DNA of 64,000 nucleotides from an uncultured Enterobacteriaceae bacterium (GTDB lineage: Bacteria; Pseudomonadota; Gammaproteobacteria; Burkholderiales; SG8-39). The stretch is taken from NCBI GenBank assembly GCA_964576525.1, contig CAZNVH010000015.1, positions 39,883-103,882 on the forward strand, written 5' to 3'. A program made the translations under genes and the position numbers. Position 1 is the stretch's first letter; the number at the start of each line of letters is the position of its first letter. Below the pieces are notes generated by a model. That model was not told where the DNA came from. It ran no database searches and saw only the letters and a program-made list of their open reading frames with translations. Positions 55,917-64,000 of the stretch are shown here, in pieces.

Positions 55917-55932
55917 TCTCCGAGAACCCGCT

Positions 55933-56886
55933 TTACTCGGGCTGGATGCCGGCTTCCTTGACGATCCGGCCCCACTTGTCGACCTCGATGCGGATCACCT
56001 CGGCGAATGCCTCCGGCGTGCCGCCCTGGATCTCGATGCCGGCGCCCATCAGGCGCGCGCGCACGTCCTCGAGCTTGAGTGCGGCGTTCATCGCGGCGTT
56101 CAGCTTCGCCACCGCGTCTTTCGGCATCCCCGCCGGCCCGAGGATCCCGCCCCAGGTGCTGGCGTCGTAGCCGGGAAGACTTTCGGCGATCGTCGGCAGC
56201 TCGGGCATTGCGCTCGAGCGCTTGGCGGTGGTGACCGCGATCCCGCGCACCGTGCCCGCTTTCACGTGGCCGCGGATCGCGGTGATGGTGTCGAAGATCA
56301 TCGCGGTGCGGCCGGCCAGCAAGTCGGGGTGCGCAGCGGAGCTGCCCTTGTAGGGGACGTGCTGCATCTTGGTCCCGGTCATGCTCATGAACAGCTCGGC
56401 CGCCATGTGCAGCGAGCTGCCCGGCCCGCTCGAGGCGTAGACCGCCTTGCTTGGATTCGCCTTGATCCAGGCCACGAGTTCGGGAACGGTTTTCGCCTGA
56501 ACCGACGGGTGTACCGCGAGGAGCAGCGGCACGACGTGCGTGTAGACCACCGGCTCGAAATCCTTGATCGGGTCGAAGGGCATCTGCTTGAACAGATGCT
56601 TGTTGGTCGCGTGGCTGGAAGCGACGATGACCAGCGTGTAGCCGTCGGGCGGGCTCTTGGCGACGAAATCGGTGCCGAGGTTGTTGGAGGCGCCCGGCTT
56701 GTTCTCGACCACCACCGGCTGCCCGAGCGCCGGGGTCAGCTTTTCGGCGAGGCTGCGCGCGATCAGGTCGATCGCGCCGCCCGGCGTCGCCGGGACCACG
56801 ATCTTGATCGAGCGGCTTGGCCAGGTTTGCGCGCTTGCCTGTTGCAGGCCGAAAAGCACGACTGCGATTGCTATCAACACCCTCAT
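55933..56886 (-). CDS. Tripartite tricarboxylate transporter substrate-binding protein (Bug/TctC family)
   Basis: 317 aa with WPSRSIKIVVPATPGGAIDL, VVVENKPGASNN and HVPYKGSSAA. Confidence 0.85.
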   Translation of the reverse strand: MRVLIAIAVVLFGLQQASAQTWPSRSIKIVVPATPGGAIDLIARSLAEKLTPALGQPVVVENKPGASNNLGTDFVAKSPPDGYTLVIVASSHATNKHLFKQMPFDPIKDFEPVVYTHVVPLLLAVHPSVQAKTVPELVAWIKANPSKAVYASSGPGSSLHMAAELFMSMTGTKMQHVPYKGSSAAHPDLLAGRTAMIFDTITAIRGHVKAGTVRGIAVTTAKRSSAMPELPTIAESLPGYDASTWGGILGPAGMPKDAVAKLNAAMNAALKLEDVRARLMGAGIEIQGGTPEAFAEVIRIEVDKWGRIVKEAGIQPE

Positions 56887-57082
56887 TTCGTTCCCCTTGA
56901 GTTGTTTTCCAGTGTCCGAGGCGAATTCTGCGCTAAGTGCATGATCTTCTTGCTTGACAGACCTTTACCCCCGGTCCTTAATGATCCTGCTAAGGTATTG
57001 AAGTAGCTACTGCTTCTACAAACGTACCCGGCTGCAGATCGTAGCCGGGACCAACAACAAACAGCAGGACCGCGGGGGAAAG

Positions 57083-58492
57083 ATGAGTGGCGGGTTGGCC
57101 ACAATTTCGGGCGGCCGGCGACCAGCCGGCTCCGTCATCGCGGCGGGGATCGTGCTCGAGTTGCACGCGGCCGTGCTCTCGCAAGAGGGCCTGGCGCAGT
57201 CTGCCACCGCCCTCGCCACCGAACTGGCGAAGGCGCTGCGCTGCGACCGGGTTACCGTGGGGTGGCTCGAGCGCGGCAGCTGCCGCGTCATCGCGACCTC
57301 GCACAGCGTCGAGTTCGACGCGCGCCACAAGCTGTTCGAGAAGATCGGCGCGGCCATGGACGAGGCGATCGAGCAGTCGGCCACGATCGTGCTGCCGGCG
57401 CCGGAGCCTTCCGGCCCGTTCGTAACGCTCGCCCACGGCGAAGTGCTCGCCTTGCTGGGCGGCAGTGTCTGCACCGTTCCCCTGGTCGATGCCGGACGCC
57501 CGGTCGGCGTCATCACGCTGGAGCGTGCTGGCAGCGCGTTCGGCCTGACGGAAGCGGCGTTTTGCGAGGACGTAGCCTGCCTCGCCGGACCGCTGCTCGA
57601 GATGAAGCGCAGGGGCCAGCGATCGCCGGCGCAGGTCGCGCTCGACGCGTGGCGCGAGTCGGCCTCCCGGCTCACCGGCCGGGGCCGCGCGGGCAAATGG
57701 GTGGGCCTGGGGATCGCCGCGATCGCGGCTGTCGCCCTGCTGGTTCCGGTTTCCCATCACGTAGGCGCGCCGGCCCGCCTCGAGGGCTCCATCCAGCGCA
57801 TCGTAGCGGCGCCGGTCGACGGCTTTCTCGAGCAGGTCAACGTGCGTCCCGGCGACCGGGTCCGCGCCGGCGACGTCATCGCCGAGCTGTCCCTGCGCGA
57901 CCTGCAGGCGGAGCGCGCCAAGCGCCAAAGCGAAGTCACGCAGCAGGAGAACCTCTACGGGGCGGCGATGGCCCGCGCCGACCGGACGCAATTCGTCATC
58001 CACCACGCGAAGGCAGCCGAGGCGCTCGCGCAGCTGGCGCTGGTCGAGCACCAGATGCAGCGCGCGCGCATCCGCGCGCCGTTCGACGGCGTGGTGATCA
58101 AGGGCGATCTGACGCAGTCGCTGGGCGCCCCGGTGCAGCGCGGCGAAGTCCTGATGACGCTGGCGCCGGACGAGCGCTTCCGCCTGATCGTGGAAGTCGA
58201 CGAGCGCGACCTGGCGCAGGTGCAGCCCGGATCGCGCGGCCGGCTGGCGCTGGCGGCGGCGCCGGGAGAGACGTTCGAGTTCCGCGTGAGCCGCATCCTG
58301 CCGGTGGCGGTGGCGGCCGACGGCCGGAATTTCTTCGAAGTGGAAGCGGTGGTCGAAACGGCGAGCGCTACGCTGCGCCCGGGGCTGCGCGGCGTCGCCA
58401 AGATCTCCGCCGGCGAGCGTTCGTTGGTTTGGATCGCGACGCATCGCGCCGTGGAATGGGTGCGCCTCGCGATCTGGTCGCTCGGCGCCTAG
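57083..58492 (+). CDS. GAF-domain / HlyD-family membrane-fusion (periplasmic adaptor) protein
   Basis: 469 aa. The N-terminal 170 or so aa are GAF-like (CDRVTVGWLERGSCRVIATSHS...VCTVPLVDAGRPVGVITLER). Then come one TM helix (WVGLGIAAIAAVALLV), a biotinyl-lipoyl-like hairpin (VAAPVDGFLEQVNVRPGDRVRAGDVIAEL ... IRAPFDGVVI) and a coiled coil. Confidence 0.75.
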   Translation: MSGGLATISGGRRPAGSVIAAGIVLELHAAVLSQEGLAQSATALATELAKALRCDRVTVGWLERGSCRVIATSHSVEFDARHKLFEKIGAAMDEAIEQSATIVLPAPEPSGPFVTLAHGEVLALLGGSVCTVPLVDAGRPVGVITLERAGSAFGLTEAAFCEDVACLAGPLLEMKRRGQRSPAQVALDAWRESASRLTGRGRAGKWVGLGIAAIAAVALLVPVSHHVGAPARLEGSIQRIVAAPVDGFLEQVNVRPGDRVRAGDVIAELSLRDLQAERAKRQSEVTQQENLYGAAMARADRTQFVIHHAKAAEALAQLALVEHQMQRARIRAPFDGVVIKGDLTQSLGAPVQRGEVLMTLAPDERFRLIVEVDERDLAQVQPGSRGRLALAAAPGETFEFRVSRILPVAVAADGRNFFEVEAVVETASATLRPGLRGVAKISAGERSLVWIATHRAVEWVRLAIWSLGA

Positions 58493-60631
58493 GTGGCCGA
58501 GTCTCTCTTCAGCCCGTTCTGGTACCGCGTGAGCGAGCTGCATCCGCGGCTGCGGGCCGGGGTGAAAGCGCAGCGGCAGATCTACCGCGGCGAGACCTGG
58601 TATCTGCTGGTCGACGGCGCGAGCGGGCGGCAGCAGCGCATCAACCGCTCGGCCTACGAGCTGATCGGGCGCTTCGACGGCCGCGCCTCGGTCAACCGGG
58701 TGTGGACGCTGCTGCTGGAAAAATTCGGCGACGACGCCCCGACGCAGGACGAAGTGGTGCGCATCCTGTCGCGGCTGAGCGAGAGCGAGGTGGTGCAGTT
58801 TGAGTCCGCACCGGACATCGCGGGGCTGTTCCGCCGGCGCGCGGAGCGTTCCCGCCGCCGCGCGTGGGTGAACCCGCTCGCCTTCTCCATGCCGCTGTTC
58901 GACCCTTCGCGCCTGCTCGATCGCCTCGAGCCGGCGCTGCGCCGGCTGCTGCATCCCCTCGCGTTCGCGTTCTGGGTGGCTGCGGTGCTGCTGGCGGCGG
59001 CTGTGGCCGCCGCGCACTGGGGCGCGCTGCAAGCCCATGCGACGAAATACATGGCGACGGCGTACTACCTCACGCTCGCCTGGATCTGCTACCCGCTCAT
59101 CAAGGGCCTGCACGAGCTCGCGCACGGCATCGCCGTGCGGCGATGGGGCGGTGAAGTTCACGAAATGGGCGTGACCCTGTTTTTCTTCACCCCCGCGCCT
59201 TATGTCGACGCCTCGGCGGCGAACGCATTTCGCGACCGCAGGCAGCGGGCGGCGGTCAGCGCGGCGGGGATCGTGGTCGAGCTCGGCCTCGCCGCAGTGG
59301 CGCTGTTCCTCTGGCTCGCCATCGAGCCCGGGCTGCTGAGCGACCTCGCGTTCGTGACGCTGTTCCTGTGCGCCGCCTCGTCGTTCCTTTTCAACGCCAA
59401 CCCGCTGCTGCGCTTCGACGGCTATCACGTGCTGTGCGACCTGCTCGAGCTGCCGAACCTCGCGATCCGCAGCCGGGCCTACTGGATGCATCTTGCGCTG
59501 CGGCTGCTCGGCGGCGCGGCGCAGGCGTCGGCGCCGGTGATCACGCGCGGCGAGCGCAAGTGGCTGCTGCTCTACCTGCCGGCGTCGCTCGCCTATCGCC
59601 TTGCCCTGGGCCTTGGCCTGGTCCTCTGGCTCGGAGCCAAGTCGCAATGGCTGGGCTGGCTGGCTGCGGCTCTGTTCCTGGCTTACATGGTGGCCCTCCC
59701 GGCCTGGAGCGCGGTTCGCTCGCTCCTCGGTTCGCTGCCGCCGGGACGTCCGCGACGGCGTGCGGCGCTGGTCCTCGCGCCGGCAAGCCTCGGCGTGCTC
59801 GCGTTGCTCCCCATCGTGCCGTTTCCCAGCATGCTGGTCGTGCAGGGAGTGGTGTGGCCCCCCGAGCAGGCGCAGGTCAGGGCGGAAACCGAAGGCTTTG
59901 TCCTGAAGGTTCTTGCGCGCGACGGCGACCTCGTCCAGCCCGGGACGCCGCTGGTGGAGCTGGCCGAGCCGACGCTGCGCGCCGAGCACGAAGCGCTGCG
60001 CTGGCGAGTGCAAGGGCTGCAGGCGCAGCAATACCGCCTGCTGCTGAGCGACCCGGCGCAGGCGAAGAACGCGATCGAGGAGCTGGGCCGCGCGCAGACC
60101 GAGCTGGAGCGCGTCGAGGAGCGCGTCGGTCACCTGACCGTGCGCAGCAAGGCCACCGGCCGGCTGATCCTGCCGCACAGCGAGGACCTCCCCGGGTCGT
60201 TTGCGCAGAAAGGCAAGACGCTGGGCTACGTTCTGACCTCGGCGCCCATGGCCGTGCGCGCCGTCGTTCCGAACGAGAGCGCCCCGCGGATCCGCGGGGC
60301 GAACCGGGGCGTCGAAGTCTTCCTGCCGGGGCGGGAATCGCCGACGCCGGCGCGGCTGGAGCGCGAGGTGCCGGCGGCCGGGAACGTGCTCCCCAGCGCG
60401 GCGCTGGGCGAGCGCGGCGGCGGCCAGCATGCCACCGATCCCGCCGACAAGGACGGCACACGCACGGTGGGGCCGGTATTCGTTTTCGACGTCGTGCTGG
60501 AAGGCGAGGCGTCGCAGAGCGTCGGGCAGCGCGCCTGGGTGCGCTTCGAGCTCGAGCACGAGCCGCTGGCCGCGCAGTGGTACCGGCACCTGCGCCAGCT
60601 CCTGCTCAGGCATTTCAATCCCGCGGCATGA
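58493..60631 (+). CDS. Site-2-protease (M50)-like polytopic metalloprotease fused to a C-terminal HlyD-like adaptor region
   Basis: 712 aa with a GTG start abutting the upstream TAG. HELAH is at 59111-59125 and NANPLLRFDG (S2P NxxPxxxxDG motif) at 59393-59422. It has multiple TM helices, and the C-terminal half has a lipoyl-like hairpin plus coiled coil (VRAETEGFVLKVLARDGDLVQPGTPLVEL..LQAQQYRLL). Confidence 0.75.
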   Translation: MAESLFSPFWYRVSELHPRLRAGVKAQRQIYRGETWYLLVDGASGRQQRINRSAYELIGRFDGRASVNRVWTLLLEKFGDDAPTQDEVVRILSRLSESEVVQFESAPDIAGLFRRRAERSRRRAWVNPLAFSMPLFDPSRLLDRLEPALRRLLHPLAFAFWVAAVLLAAAVAAAHWGALQAHATKYMATAYYLTLAWICYPLIKGLHELAHGIAVRRWGGEVHEMGVTLFFFTPAPYVDASAANAFRDRRQRAAVSAAGIVVELGLAAVALFLWLAIEPGLLSDLAFVTLFLCAASSFLFNANPLLRFDGYHVLCDLLELPNLAIRSRAYWMHLALRLLGGAAQASAPVITRGERKWLLLYLPASLAYRLALGLGLVLWLGAKSQWLGWLAAALFLAYMVALPAWSAVRSLLGSLPPGRPRRRAALVLAPASLGVLALLPIVPFPSMLVVQGVVWPPEQAQVRAETEGFVLKVLARDGDLVQPGTPLVELAEPTLRAEHEALRWRVQGLQAQQYRLLLSDPAQAKNAIEELGRAQTELERVEERVGHLTVRSKATGRLILPHSEDLPGSFAQKGKTLGYVLTSAPMAVRAVVPNESAPRIRGANRGVEVFLPGRESPTPARLEREVPAAGNVLPSAALGERGGGQHATDPADKDGTRTVGPVFVFDVVLEGEASQSVGQRAWVRFELEHEPLAAQWYRHLRQLLLRHFNPAA

Positions 60632-62589
60632 ACCTGCGACCGGCCGACCTTCCCATCCCCGGCGTGCTCTGGGGTCGCTATCCCGAGCGGCGCTGGAACG
60701 GCCCGGGGTGGCTCGCGGGCTGGGGAGCGATGTTTGCCGGTCGCGCGCCGCGCGACGCTGCTTTCCTGCGCGCGGTCGAAGCGCTGCAGCCTGCGATGCT
60801 GCAGCTGTCCTTGGAGCAATGCGCCGCCGAAGCGCACAGGCTGCGCCAGCAGCTCGCGCGCCGCGGAATGGCGCAGGATCTGGTGGCGGCGGTATTCGCC
60901 CTGTTCTCCGAAATCTCGCGCCGCCAGACCGGCCGGCGCCCGTACGGCACGCAGATGGTCGCGGCGCGCGCCATGCTCGGCCGTCGCCTGGTGGAGATGG
61001 CGACCGGCGAAGGCAAGACGCTGGCCGCCGCGCTGGCCGCAGCGACCGCGGCGCTCGCGCGGATCCCCGTCCACGTCATCACCGCCAACGAGTATCTCGC
61101 CCGGCGCGATGCCGACGCCCTGCGGCCGCTCTTCGGCGCGCTCGGGCTGCAGGTCGGCGTGGTGACGCATGCGCTCGATCGGGAGGCGCGCCGGGCCGCT
61201 TACCGCTGCGACGTGACCTATTGCACGGCGAAGGAGCTGGTCTTCGATTACCTGCGCGACCGCCTCCTGCGTCCCGACGTCGACGGAGATTTGCGTAGCC
61301 GGGCCTATCGGCTGGCGACCCGGGACGCCGGCGGGGGCACGTTGCTGCGCGGGCTGTGCATGGCGATCGTCGACGAAGCCGACAGCGTGCTGATCGACGA
61401 GGCGAGCGTGCCGTTCGTCCTGTCACGCGCGGGGGAGAGCCGCGGCAACCGCGAGCATTGGGCGCACGCCCTCGAGCTCGCGCGCGGCTTCGCGTCCCGC
61501 GAAGACTTCACCGTCGATCCGGAATCGAAGGCGGTGGAGCTCACGGCTGACGGGCGCGCCAGGGCCGAGTCCCAGCCGGCGCATGCCGATCCGCTGTGGC
61601 GCGTCCGGCGCTACCGGGAAGAGGCCTTGTGCCTGGCGCTGGCCGCGATCCATCTCTATCACCGCGACCGGCACTACCTGGTGCGCGACGGCACCGTGCA
61701 GATCATCGACGATACCAGCGGGCGGGTGGCCGCCGGCCGCGCCTGGTCCCGCGGCCTGCACCAGCTGATCGAGCTCAAGGAAGGCTGCCGGCCGAGCGCC
61801 GAGTTCACTCCTGCCGCGCAGATCACCTACCAGCGCTTCTTTGCGCGCTACCTCCATCTCTGCGGCATGAGCGGCACGCTGCTCGAAGGGCGCTCGGAGC
61901 TGCGCTCGGTCTACGGTGCGCCCGTGGTCCGGATCCCGCTGCGCAAGCCCTCGCGCCGGGCGGTCCTGCCGACGCGCGCGTTCGGCACCCATGAGGCGCG
62001 CTGGCGATACGTCGTGCGGCGCACGAGTGAACTTCACGCGCGGGGCGGCGCGGTGCTCATCGGCACCGACTCGGTGGCCGATTCGCAGTCTCTCTCCCAG
62101 AGCCTGGGCGCCGCGGGCATCGCGCACGTCGTGCTCAACGCGCGGCAGGACCGGCACGAGGCGCACGTCATCGCCACGGCCGGCCAGCCCGGCCGCGTCA
62201 CCGTGGCCACCAGCATGGCGGGCCGGGGCACCGACATCGAGCTCGCGGATGACGTTGCCCGGGACGGCGGGCTGCACGTGATGCTTTGCCAGGCGAATGC
62301 CTCGCGACGGGTGGACCACCAGTTCACCGGCCGCTGCGCGCGGCGCGCCGAGCCGGGAAGCTGCGAGACGCTGCTGTCGCTCGAGTCGGCGCCGGTCCTC
62401 GCGGTCCTGCCGGCGTGGATCAGCCGCTGGGCCGCTCGCGCGGAGGAAATACGCCCGCGCTGGGCCGGGATTACGCTCGCGCGCGCTGCTTTGTGGTGGG
62501 AAGAGCGCAGACGCCGCTGGCAGCGCGCCCAGCTGCGCCTGCAGGACGAGGCCCTCGAGCGCCAACCGATGCTAGGCTCAGGCAGATGA
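60628..62589 (+). CDS. SecA-like DEAD-motor ATPase, truncated (no C-terminal scaffold/wing/zinc domain)
   Basis: 653 aa from MNLRPADLPIPG. Walker A is MATGEGKT (60997-61020), followed by IVDEADSVLIDEASVPF (DEAD at 61372-61383), QITYQRFFARYLHLCGMSGT, ATSMAGRGTDIEL and GGLHVM..ASRRVDHQFTGRCARRAEPGS. These are colinear with SecA NBD1/PPXD/NBD2. ATGA overlaps on both sides. Confidence 0.8.
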   Translation: MNLRPADLPIPGVLWGRYPERRWNGPGWLAGWGAMFAGRAPRDAAFLRAVEALQPAMLQLSLEQCAAEAHRLRQQLARRGMAQDLVAAVFALFSEISRRQTGRRPYGTQMVAARAMLGRRLVEMATGEGKTLAAALAAATAALARIPVHVITANEYLARRDADALRPLFGALGLQVGVVTHALDREARRAAYRCDVTYCTAKELVFDYLRDRLLRPDVDGDLRSRAYRLATRDAGGGTLLRGLCMAIVDEADSVLIDEASVPFVLSRAGESRGNREHWAHALELARGFASREDFTVDPESKAVELTADGRARAESQPAHADPLWRVRRYREEALCLALAAIHLYHRDRHYLVRDGTVQIIDDTSGRVAAGRAWSRGLHQLIELKEGCRPSAEFTPAAQITYQRFFARYLHLCGMSGTLLEGRSELRSVYGAPVVRIPLRKPSRRAVLPTRAFGTHEARWRYVVRRTSELHARGGAVLIGTDSVADSQSLSQSLGAAGIAHVVLNARQDRHEAHVIATAGQPGRVTVATSMAGRGTDIELADDVARDGGLHVMLCQANASRRVDHQFTGRCARRAEPGSCETLLSLESAPVLAVLPAWISRWAARAEEIRPRWAGITLARAALWWEERRRRWQRAQLRLQDEALERQPMLGSGR

Positions 62590-63431
62590 ACCGGCCCGCC
62601 ATGATGAAGACCTGCGTGGCAGCGCTCCTCGGCGCCGCGAGCTGTTGGGACGCGGGCGCGCAGCCGCTCGGGTGCCTGATCGAGCCGTTTCGCGTGACCG
62701 AGGTCGGCAGCCCGGTCATCGGCGTGCTCGAGTCGGTCAAGGTCGAGCGCGGCGATCGCATCGCCAAAGGGGCCGTCATCGCCGTGCTGCGCGCCGACGT
62801 GGAGCGGGCGGCGGTCGGGGTCGCGTCCACCCGGGCAAAGGTGGTCGCGGAGGTCCAGGCGGCGCAGGCGAACCACGAGCTGGCACGCCAGAAGCTGACG
62901 CGCGCCCGGGAGCTCAGGCGCCAGAACTTCATTTCCGAGCAGGCGCTGGAGCAGGCGCGCGCGGAGGCCGACGTGGCCGAACAGAGGCTGAAGCAGACGC
63001 AGGAGCAGCGCGGCATCTGGGCGCGCGAGCTGCAGCTCGCCGAAGCGCAGCTCGAGCTGCGCACCATCCGCAGCCCGGCCGACGGCATCGTTGTGGAGCG
63101 CTACATGTCGGGCGGCGAGCGGGTGGAGGAAAAGCCGATCGTGCGCATCGCGACGATCGATCCGCTGCGGGTGGAGATCGTCGTTCCCGCGGCGCAGTAC
63201 GGCACGATTTCGCTCGGCGCCGTGCTCACCGTCACCCCCGATCTGCCGCACGCGAAGCCCCTGCGGGCGAAAGTCGTCCTGGTCGATCCGGTGGTCGACG
63301 GCCCGAGCAATACGTTCCGGGTCCGGCTCGAGCTGCCGAACCCGAACTACGAGCTGCCGGCCGGCGTACGCTGCAAAATCGGCCTCGGTTTCGACGCCAA
63401 GGTCGCCGCCGAGCGCAACCTCAAGCGATGA
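62586..63431 (+). CDS. HlyD/RND-type periplasmic adaptor, probable lipoprotein
   Basis: 281 aa from MNRPAMMKTCVAALLGAASC (lipobox-like), with a lipoyl hairpin (VGSPVIGVLESVKVERGDRIAKGAVIAVL ... IRSPADGIVV), a coiled coil and a beta-barrel. Confidence 0.8.
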   Translation: MNRPAMMKTCVAALLGAASCWDAGAQPLGCLIEPFRVTEVGSPVIGVLESVKVERGDRIAKGAVIAVLRADVERAAVGVASTRAKVVAEVQAAQANHELARQKLTRARELRRQNFISEQALEQARAEADVAEQRLKQTQEQRGIWARELQLAEAQLELRTIRSPADGIVVERYMSGGERVEEKPIVRIATIDPLRVEIVVPAAQYGTISLGAVLTVTPDLPHAKPLRAKVVLVDPVVDGPSNTFRVRLELPNPNYELPAGVRCKIGLGFDAKVAAERNLKR

Positions 63432-64000
63432 TGCGCCGGCGCCCGATCGTAGAAGCGCTCGAGCCGCGGCTGCTGTACTCGGCCGACAGTGCGGCGCTGG
63501 CCGCGGCGGTCCTGGGGCCGCCCGCGACGGAGCAGCGCGTCATCGACGGCGATGCCGAGTTCGCGCCCCAGACCGAGCAGGCGGTGCAGAACGCCTCGCG
63601 CGAAGTCGTGTTCATCGATGGCCGCACACCCGACTACGAGCTTCTGGTCCAGGACATCGCCGCGCAGAGCGGACGGCAGGTCGACGTCGTCATGCTCGAT
63701 ACCACGCGTGACGGGCTGGAGCAGATCACCGAAGCGCTCGCGGGCCGGGAGAACGTCGCCGCGCTGCACATCATCGCCCACGGCGACGAGGGCGTTGTGC
63801 AGCTGGGCAACGCCCTGGTCACGGCCGACAGCCTTCAGAACAATCAATACCGGATCGAAGCCTGGAGCAAGGCGCTCACCGCCGACGCCGACATCCTCCT
63901 CTACGGCTGCGACGTCGCGGCGAGCGTGCAGGGACAACTGTTCGTCGACGCGCTCGCGCGCCTTACCGGGGCCGACGTCTCCGCCTCGGACGATGCGACC
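63428..64000 (+). CDS. N-terminus of a LEPR-XLL / DUF4347 domain protein (probable giant secreted adhesin-like protein); runs off right edge
   Basis: Not in the ORF track because it has no stop in-window. Hand translation from ATG 63428 gives MMRRRPIVEALEPRLLYSADSAALAAA...REVVFIDGRTPDYELLVQDI...VVMLDTTRDGLEQITEALAGRENVAALHIIAHGDEGVVQLG...ILLYGCDVAAS..GQLFVDALARLTGADVSASDDAT, which fits the DUF4347 pattern. The listed ORF 63091..63711 is in the wrong frame. Confidence 0.8.
   Translation, partial: MMRRRPIVEALEPRLLYSADSAALAAAVLGPPATEQRVIDGDAEFAPQTEQAVQNASREVVFIDGRTPDYELLVQDIAAQSGRQVDVVMLDTTRDGLEQITEALAGRENVAALHIIAHGDEGVVQLGNALVTADSLQNNQYRIEAWSKALTADADILLYGCDVAASVQGQLFVDALARLTGADVSASDDAT

Noticed and set aside
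56954-56984. Possible sigma-70 promoter (TTGACA ... TTAATG/TAATGA) upstream of the 57083 operon
   Set aside because: The -35 hexamer is perfect, but the candidate -10 hexamers are poor matches at 18-19 nt spacing. This cannot be supported without TSS data.
56990-60613. 1207-aa minus-strand ORF opposite the secretion-like operon
   Set aside because: The sequence is Arg/Gln/Pro/His-rich with no recognisable domain. The + strand genes it overlaps have clear catalytic motifs and coupled start/stop codons.

Overview
GC-rich, betaproteobacterium-like chromosomal segment (Bug/TctC binding proteins, TRAP transporter, a thrS-infC-rpmI-rplT-pheST-ihfA-merR block, a surE-pcm-nlpD block). GC content was not computed. 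Most of the window is densely packed housekeeping DNA with many 1-4 nt start/stop overlaps: nrdA (partial), ampD, pilSR-like two-component system, ispB, rplU-rpmA-obg-proB, rppH, proS, cell-wall hydrolases, ppx/ppk/dgkA, relA and mtfA. There are three tRNAs: Pro-CGG, Pro-GGG and Val-GAC. Many long listed ORFs are antisense or out-of-frame shadows typical of high-GC DNA, so gene starts were re-derived by hand. Two accessory modules stand out. (1) An islet at about 29.0-34.4 kb abuts the 3' end of tRNA-Val. It carries small TA-like cassettes and a complete diversity-generating retroelement: Avd, RT, an AAC-rich template repeat inside the RT ORF tail, and a variable repeat at the C-terminus of a secreted caspase-like/FGE-sulfatase (C-type-lectin fold) protein. 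All 25 TR/VR substitutions fall on TR adenines, and there is an unusual 6-nt TR/VR length difference. (2) A translationally coupled five-gene operon runs from 57.1 kb to the window end: GAF-HlyD adaptor, S2P/M50 metalloprotease-HlyD fusion, truncated SecA-like DEAD ATPase, lipoprotein HlyD adaptor, then the N-terminus of a LEPR-XLL/DUF4347 giant protein. I read this operon as a candidate uncharacterised dedicated export system. A quinate/shikimate catabolic cluster (TRAP transporter, TetR, split QuiC-like genes, aroQ) plus an isolated iolC-iolB pair fills 44-56 kb. No rRNA, CRISPR array, transposase or integrase was seen.
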